From Welwitschia mirabilis (Eukaryota), in NCBI GenBank assembly GCA_051453625.1, contig JBOZIK010000001.1, forward strand, positions 2,954,320 through 2,998,735: DNA of 44,416 nt, written 5' to 3'. The notes beneath the pieces were generated by a model, which saw only the letters and a program-made list of their open reading frames with translations, ran no database searches and had not been told where the DNA came from. Positions 37,269 through 44,416 of this stretch are shown here, in pieces. Each line of letters opens with the position of its first letter. Within the stretch, counting starts at the first letter, position 1. The position numbers and the translations under genes are program-made.

Positions 37269-39950
37269 TGGAGTGCATCATCTAGAATTGTAGGGGTTTA
37301 CGATCCCCTTATAAAAAGAAGTAAAAGATTTAATTAACAAATATAATATAAGTTTGGTCTATTTATAGGAGATGATGATGTGTAACAACATAAGGTTAAG
37401 TAATTTTTGGCATCATTGAAACAAATTCACTGTGGTAGCATAAGGAAACTCATGGGGTATTATGATCCTAATAAAAAAAGAAGCATGATTAGTTCATAGC
37501 AATAGACATCATCTAAAAATGTACCTTAAAGAGGAATGTTGGACCATAACAAATCTTCACAACTCACAAAATAATATAAACAAAGCTTTAAAGCTAAATG
37601 AATTATTGAATTCAATTAAGAATAAAATAAAATGAATAGTCATTAATTACTTTAACTAGTTTCTTCATAGGTGGGAAAAAATAGGAGATGAAAGTTGGAA
37701 TAGTAAGAGAGCTGAGATCCTTAAGGACTTCATGGTGAAAGAAAAATCTTTCAGACATCCCAGTGATAGGATGCAACTTCATGTGATCTAATAGAAGAGT
37801 CAGAGGTAACCAAAAATTTCTAGAAATGATAGAATTTTAATGGGAAAGAAAAAAACTAAAATGATAATTAAGGCATTGGGTCTAAATAGAATGGCTATGG
37901 ACCATAGGCCAATCAAATTCAAAATCAGAATGATAACATTCCTAAGATCCCGATTCAAAATAAAGAGATATTGAATCATAAGGAATAAAACTAGAAACAT
38001 GATAGAAAAGATTTAGGACCAACATGACAATATCCTACCAATTACTTTTCTATAGAGGCTTAAACACTCTTAAAGTTTATTTTAAGGAATGGATATGTAA
38101 AGATAAAAAGGATCTGAAACAAGAGTTACAAAAGATTCAAATAGAGCAAGAACTTAGGAAAGATCAAGTAATTTAAGGGCTAAAGAATATAAATACCTCC
38201 AAGAATTACAAGAAATAACTTCAGAAAAAGAACATTACACTAAGGAAATATCTAGAATCAAGTGGCTTCAAGAAGGGAATAAGCACATTAAATTATTCTT
38301 TCACCAAGCTAATTAACATAGAATAGATAACAGAATTAGAAAACTTAATATCAAAGACCAAATGCTTAAACATAAAGAGGTCATCATTGGAAAAATAAAA
38401 TCATACATTAAAAACATCTAGGAATGGGAGGATATCGCTCTTGAGCTAATTCAAATAGAAAAGAAAATTTAAAATGAAGATAATACAAGTCTAAATAATT
38501 GGATAGGTAGAGGATAAATGAAATGAGCAATCCAAACAATGAAAAATAATAGATCCCCAAGCCTGGATGGGTGGCTGGTAGAATTAGTCAAGGCATATTT
38601 CTCTCTCCTAAGGAATATCTTACATGATGTCATGTAAGAAATCTTCAAAAACAAGCACATTCCAGTCGAGATGAATAGGACTCAAGCATTTTTTATCCAA
38701 AAAAAATGAGATGAAAGTAAAAAAAAGGATTACATACCTATATGAGTATGCAATGTACTATATAGAATCTTCACAAAAATACTGATAGTTCATACCACCC
38801 CTTGCTACTCAAGGTGATCTCCAAGAACCAAGAAGGCTTCATCCAATTCAAGTACATCCAAGAAAAAATTCTTTTAACACATGAGATCATTCATTTAATT
38901 AAGAAATATAAGATTTTTTTACTTCTTACTAAACTAAATATAGCAAAAGCATATGACTTAGTAAGCTATAGAGCCTTAAGAATTATCCTAATAAAAATCC
39001 ACTTCAACTCAAATATTACTAATCTCTAGCTAAACATGCAAGTCTCAATCAAATTATATATAGAATTAAATAATAATTGATTAGAATTTTTCTTAATAGA
39101 GCATGGCTTAAGGTAGGAATACCCCTTAGCCTCATACCTCTTTTTAATCATAATAGATGTTTTGCAAAATGATGCTTAAAAGAAATGAAGTCTCGTGGAT
39201 TAAAATTAGAAATCAAACATTCATGAATAATCACTACACAAATGACATAATTATAATGATTTAATCCACTAGTCAATATGTCACAGTTATTAAAAATACA
39301 ATGAACTTTCTCACCAAGGCTATAGAACTTAAAAAAAAACTGAAACAAGTTTAGAATTCACATTATTAGCATAAGCCTTATGAAGAGAAGCGATATCATT
39401 AGAATATTAGAAGTCAAGCTAAGAGACCTATAGGACATATATCTAGAAATTCCTCTCAGAAACTGACATAGAATTCTACCCAGAAGCTCCATTCCATAAA
39501 CATTTCAGAGGAAATGTAATACTTGATTAAATAGGTTTCTCTTTTCAAAAGCCAAAATTTAAATCGGTTTCTTTTTTCAAAAGCCAAAATTATCTTAATA
39601 AACACTGCCTGACCACTTCATTGAGATATATAGCATCCGTTACTGGTTCCCCCTTTCCCCCTCCAAGTCTATAATCAAAAACTTAATAAGATGCTAAAGA
39701 AGTTCATATATTCTGAAGGTAAGGATAAAATCTATATTCATCTTTGTAAATGAAACCTCATAGCTTGTCTTAGAGATTCTAGGATTGAAGGATTATAAGC
39801 CTAAGGATTACTTACACACAAGAGTTCATAAAACTATTAATAGATTATTTGTTGGTGGGTAATCATGAAGCAACATCATCAATCATAAGAATCCTTCATT
39901 GATAATAATTAGAGGGGAGTCATATCTTCAAATAAATTTCTCAAGAACTA
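37268..39950 (+). pseudogene. LINE ORF2 (endonuclease and reverse transcriptase)
   Basis: MECII*NCRGL, MDHRPI, SPSLDG, DYIPI*VCNVLYRIFTK, KLNIAKAYDLV, GLR*EYPLASYLF, HYTND (for YADD), YLEIPL. Confidence 0.92.
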
Positions 39951-40166
39951 GAAGAAAATTGAATGAATTAGGCATGACTAATGAAGATACAGCAAAATCT
40001 ATCTTAATAAAAAAAGATGGAAAAGATGAAAAAGGGAAGAGATCATGGTAGGGGTAGATCCTAATTAAAGATCATAGCAGGCTCTTAACTAGGCTTAGTT
40101 AATCAAACAAGGCACGCAAGTATCTTCTACATGCCTAATTTGTTAATCCTATCAAGATAACAATAA

Positions 40167-41253
40167 TGTTGTGATGTGCATTTATGTAATGTTTATGTCC
40201 TGAGTAGAATCTTGTTAATCACAAATAATAATACATAAACACAACACACTAATATAAATAAGAGTTAACATGGATGTTGTAATCCATCAAAGGTTAAAGG
40301 AGGCAATAAGAGAACTGCTTTAAAAAAAAATACTTATATCCTAATCTATAGAAATAACTTGCAATGCATGAAAGTAAAGTAAAATACACTTGTGCAAAGA
40401 TAATCTAGGAAAAGAAAACAACAATGCACTTATCCTAAGCTAACTAAGCACAACCTTGACAAAGGTTGCCCTCATAACCTATATCACTAGAGAAACTATC
40501 ACCAGATCTAAAGCAACATAAGCTATAAGGGAGAGAAACATTCACATATTAAAAGAATAAAAAAAATGTTTTGTATTAAGAATCGAATAACATCTGTGTT
40601 ATAAAGTAACCACACCTCAATAGAGGAAATACTGTCCAACACCAAGAAAATGTCTCTCTGAAACTATAGGATGGATTTCTGACCCTTTAATTTCTTATCA
40701 CGAGAATTTTAGATGTAAATAAAGACGAGCAAGATTTAAGGATGCGATCTCTATTTATTGACTCAAACACATAATAACAAAGATAGAAAGTTGTAGGTAA
40801 ACATTATGGCTACACAAGGGGAAAACACAAATACAAGTGGCAGAATTTTGATGAATGTTTATTATAAAGTTACAATAGTGTTATCCGCCTGGTCATCCAG
40901 ATAATAGAGGAGATGATGCCATCTTATAATCAATCCACATCAGCTACCAGATAAACTTCAGTTAGCATCCAATTAGTATGGTTATCCATACAGTCATCTA
41001 AATGATAAGGTGGACGATGGCCTTCAATAATTTTTCAGTTATTACATTAGCCTCAATGTTTGTAGGAAGTTATCTTCAGAAATACAAAGTATTCATATTT
41101 GTTTAGAATATTATAAATTATTATAGAGATTACATATTTCCATCCTTTTCATCCTAGCTTTTCATATCACGGAGACCAAGAATTTACCTATCTATTTATC
41201 TACAAAACAACTTGAAATACCCTATCAAATATGCATAAGTTGGCAGTGCAACA
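40167..41253 (-). repeat. 3' LTR of element C (1087 bp)
   Basis: Perfect TGTTG...CAACA termini, with PPT AAGTGGGAGACTA (41254-41266, minus strand) adjacent. Confidence 0.9.
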
Positions 41254-41699
41254 TAGTCTCCCACTTAGTCTTATCAGTTTCTGACAAAACTAGGTGGTAA
41301 ACACCATTTGCAAGCAAATTTATTAGACAATAAAACAACTAAGATACCTAAGGAAATTATCTCAGAAAGATGTATAGAAAGTTTAGACATAGAAAACTAA
41401 ATTTTTGAAAAATCAAAAAAAATAAATAAAAGACCTGCCATAAGCTTAGTTAATCAGTAGCTCGTGTTGTCATCTAGATGATAAAGGGGATGACAGGATT
41501 AGAAAAAAGGCTTTGAAATCTGAAACCTATGACAAAATTTTATTCTTATAGATAATCAGTTAAACCCCACTAGTGAAATAAACACTCAAGAACGAAAATT
41601 TGCCTCAATACAAATAAATCCTCATCTTGAGAATTCAAAGGTGATTATGTAAAATCAGAAAAAGTGAATACACCATGATAGAAAAAATTATATGTCTAT

Positions 41700-43599
41700 A
41701 TCATATTAGAAGAGAGTTTTTAGTACAAAAAGTTTAAAAGGGGAGATACAGAATACAATGCAAAATCACTCCCCTCATCTATACATGATGAATTGTGGCT
41801 TAGCAGCTAGCTCAAGAGCAGGGGAAGAATGAGGAGGATGCTCAAAATCCACAGAGAGATAGATGTCTAGAGATGTTATGATGGATTTGACTATCTCATT
41901 AACCTAGACATGAACTAACTCAGGAATATCTACAGTCACACTTTGCTAAATAGAGACAATGAACTGGTGCATGTCCACCATCTAGTCCTTCTTGTGCTGT
42001 ACTCTCCTCTCAATGGATAGGATCTATTACTCGACTATCTGCTCAAAAGTCTGGATCCTATGATTAATGCCTGGATACCTCTGTCCATGAAACCTCTAAT
42101 GGTCTTGGTGGTCTTAGCCAGGAGAGCCTAAATCTGCTCTAGAAAAAATACAACTTCAAGTCTCTATACCTGATATCTCTCTATCTCTCTTGGAACCTGT
42201 ATATCCATGTCCTGTAGATAGCGAGCAAATGTCTGTAGATGTGAAATGCACTGCTTACCCATGGGCTCTAGTATTCCAAATTGTCTAAAAAGAGCTAAGA
42301 GAAGGCATGGATAACCAAGTGTCTATAGGTGTCATGCCTCTATCATGGACCTAAGTCTCCTTCAGATAAAAGCCGGTAAGTCCATCTGCTCCCCCATGAT
42401 AAAAAACTGTCAAAATCTGTAGATGCATCACCATGGCATAAGTATCATGAAATAATGAACTAATGTTATGAATCAGTTCTTTATGTAGTACTCTGTAAGT
42501 GGGGATCAGCTAGGTAACATTTACCCCCTGTTAATCTGTAGTCGGGTCAGCTAGTATATCTAAAATAGCATCATAGGCTTGACACTTCTCTGTCTCACCA
42601 ACTGAATGAATGTGCATACTCCCAAGCCCTTCAAGATTTGTAATAACTACAATGTGGGATGGAAGTATGGCTATCTTATGATCTCGTATGAAGGTGATGA
42701 TCATGTTCTTAAGCTGACCACGAGCATCAAGTCACCTTTCTATATGCATGGTATCATATAATTCTCTCGTCTCTGATGCATAATAAGATCCATGTGCACA
42801 TATAATCTAATGAAGTCATAAATTTGTTAGTCTCTGATCTACCTTAGGCTCTATATAGCACTTGAAATCTTTAAGATGTTACTCAATATAGATGCTAGCA
42901 TTTTGAATGCTCAAGGATCAACCGTGTCAAGGTGGCGGATGTGCAAGATCTGCATGCTCAATCTCTAGCTCCACCAAAAGACTCACCTCCTACTCTATAG
43001 GCTCAGCCTTAGCCTCAACCTATTTAGCTCTATGCATACGAGGCCTACACAATCGAAAACACAAAAATTGTCATGTGAAAGCAGATAGACAAGTTGAAAA
43101 AATTGCATGGATATGCAATAACGACCCCTGAAATTGACGAAAAGCTAGCAAAAATATTGAAAATATGTCCTTCACCATCCTAAAAGATGCAATGCATCTC
43201 GAATTACCTAAACTGAGAGAAAAATGGAGAAAAACATGAAAAGTGCAAAAATGGTAGTTTTAATGGGCCCCACATGAAGTAAAAATTCAAAGTGCTCAAA
43301 CAAAAAAATCTAGTCTAGCAAAGTCATAGAACATATGGAACTGATTAATTTTTCTTAAAGGACGACTATGTTTCGACCCATGTTTTATGAGAAAATGAGT
43401 GCGAAAGATGAAAATATGAAAATACCTCGTAATATGCAAAAATGCTCATAACTTAAAAAATATGCGATGCAATTCAAATCCGTGAGTCTAAAAATAAAGA
43501 GCATGAAAAGCTAAGCAATATACATGAAAAAATATACATCAAAAGCTAAAAAATGAAAAAAAAAAATGAAAAATAGGAGGACAGAGAAACATACCTCAT
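41700..43599 (-). pseudogene. Athila extra 3' ORF (env-like / Transposase_32-like) of element C, intron-containing
   Basis: AHGSYYASETRELYDTMHIER, IMGEQMDLPAFI and LGYPCLLLALFRQFGI. Putative ATG at 43599-43597 and intron at 43594-43045. The 3' end is approximate. Confidence 0.78.
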
Positions 43600-44416
43600 T
43601 TTTGTAAATCTAGTGAAAACNNNNNNNNNNNNNNNNNNNNNNNNNNNNNNNNNNNNNNNNNNNNNNNNNNNNNNNNNNNNNNNNNNNNNNNNNNNNNNNN
43701 NNNNNNNNNNNNNNNNNNNNNNNNNNNNNNNNNNNNNNNNNNNNNNNNNNNNNNNNNNNNNNNNNNNNNNNNNNNNNNNNNNNNNNNNNNNNNNNNNNNN
43801 NNNNNNNNNNNNNNNNNNNNNNNNNNNNNNNNNNNNNNNNNNNNNNNNNNNNNNAACCAGTTGATGATGAAGCATCTAAAAGAGTTTTAGAAACAAAAAG
43901 GTCATCCAGAAAATTTAGGCTTAGATATGATCATTTAAGTGATAGTTCTGAAAAAAAATGCAGAAGGACAGAAAATCACACAGAAAACCAAGTAAACCAA
44001 AGAAAAAAGGACAAACATACAAGAAAGGAGAAAAACTATCACTGAAGAAAATAGACTATCTAGGTTGAAACCTACAAGAAAACTACATGAATGTGTCGAA
44101 ATAGAAAATGAAAGCAAGATAAACTCAAAACTCGATAAGATGCAAGGGAACTCATAAAAACTATGGAATGTAAAAATGTTCTTTTAAACTTTTGCAAATG
44201 CTCTTTTTTGAAAAAATGATTTAACATAAGCAAAAGCAAGAAAACTACTAAATTATTAAGGTCCTATGAAAGAATAAGAAAATGCAAAAATGACTTTGAA
44301 ATCCTAAACTCAAAAACCAAAGAAACATAGAGTGAAAATGGACACAAGAAACAAGGAGAATATTTTTTACCTCTCCTAAGTACTAACCTAACAAACTCTC
44401 AAAGAAAACATCATAA

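Larger units (their letters stand above)
36050..40160 (+). mobile_element. L1-clade LINE, near full length, degenerate
   Basis: ORF1 with a DUF4283-like region and zinc knuckle, followed by ORF2 with APE endonuclease and RT. Both ends are approximate; the right side abuts the LTR at 40167. Confidence 0.9.
40167..44416 (-). mobile_element. 3' part of a third Athila-type element (element C), related to element A
   Basis: 3' LTR, PPT and extra ORF. 43250-43620 and 44220-44416 are homologous to 2100-2480 and 3100-3305. The element continues beyond the window. Confidence 0.88.

Noticed and set aside
39529..39590. ~31 bp direct duplication in LINE ORF2
   Set aside because: Ordinary post-insertion slippage duplication, not a TSD or functional element.
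11890..40166. One giant element bounded by the similar LTRs at 10623-11889 and 40167-41253
   Set aside because: The PBS lies left of the first LTR and the PPT right of the second, so their internal regions face outward.
42907..43131. Cys-rich plus-strand 74-aa ORF
   Set aside because: Antisense shadow of the minus-strand accessory ORF; no recognisable motif.

Overview
AT-rich, strongly CpG/CHG-depleted land-plant nuclear DNA with six N gaps and no intact host gene. It is a nested set of decayed retroelements. (1) A near-complete Athila-type Ty3/gypsy element on the minus strand (1-11889; LTRs, tRNA-Asp PBS, gag-PR-RT-RH-IN, extra 3' ORF). (2) A poorly resolved block (11890-16292) holding a Transposase_32/env-like remnant, a plastid-derived mosaic (atpA 5' end, atpB 3' end, possibly trnH) and a tRNA-Met PBS with an LTR edge. 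(3) A Sirevirus-like LTR inserted into a Ty1/copia RT-RNaseH remnant (16393-19640). (4) A second, deleted Athila element (about 19885-34482), interrupted by a gag-only Tekay/Del-like element with ~3.7 kb LTRs (20905-30390, TSD TTACC/TTACT) and by a Sirevirus-like solo LTR (31517-32815, TSD TCTTC). (5) L1-clade LINE remnants (34583-40160). (6) The 3' end of a third Athila element (40167-44416). The most notable observations are a conserved intron that separates a 5-nt coding stretch (ATG-AG) from the env-like ORF in two Athila copies, the pol-less giant-LTR element, and the plastid ATP synthase mosaic next to a PBS. All calls come from manual translation and motif recognition; no database searches were run.
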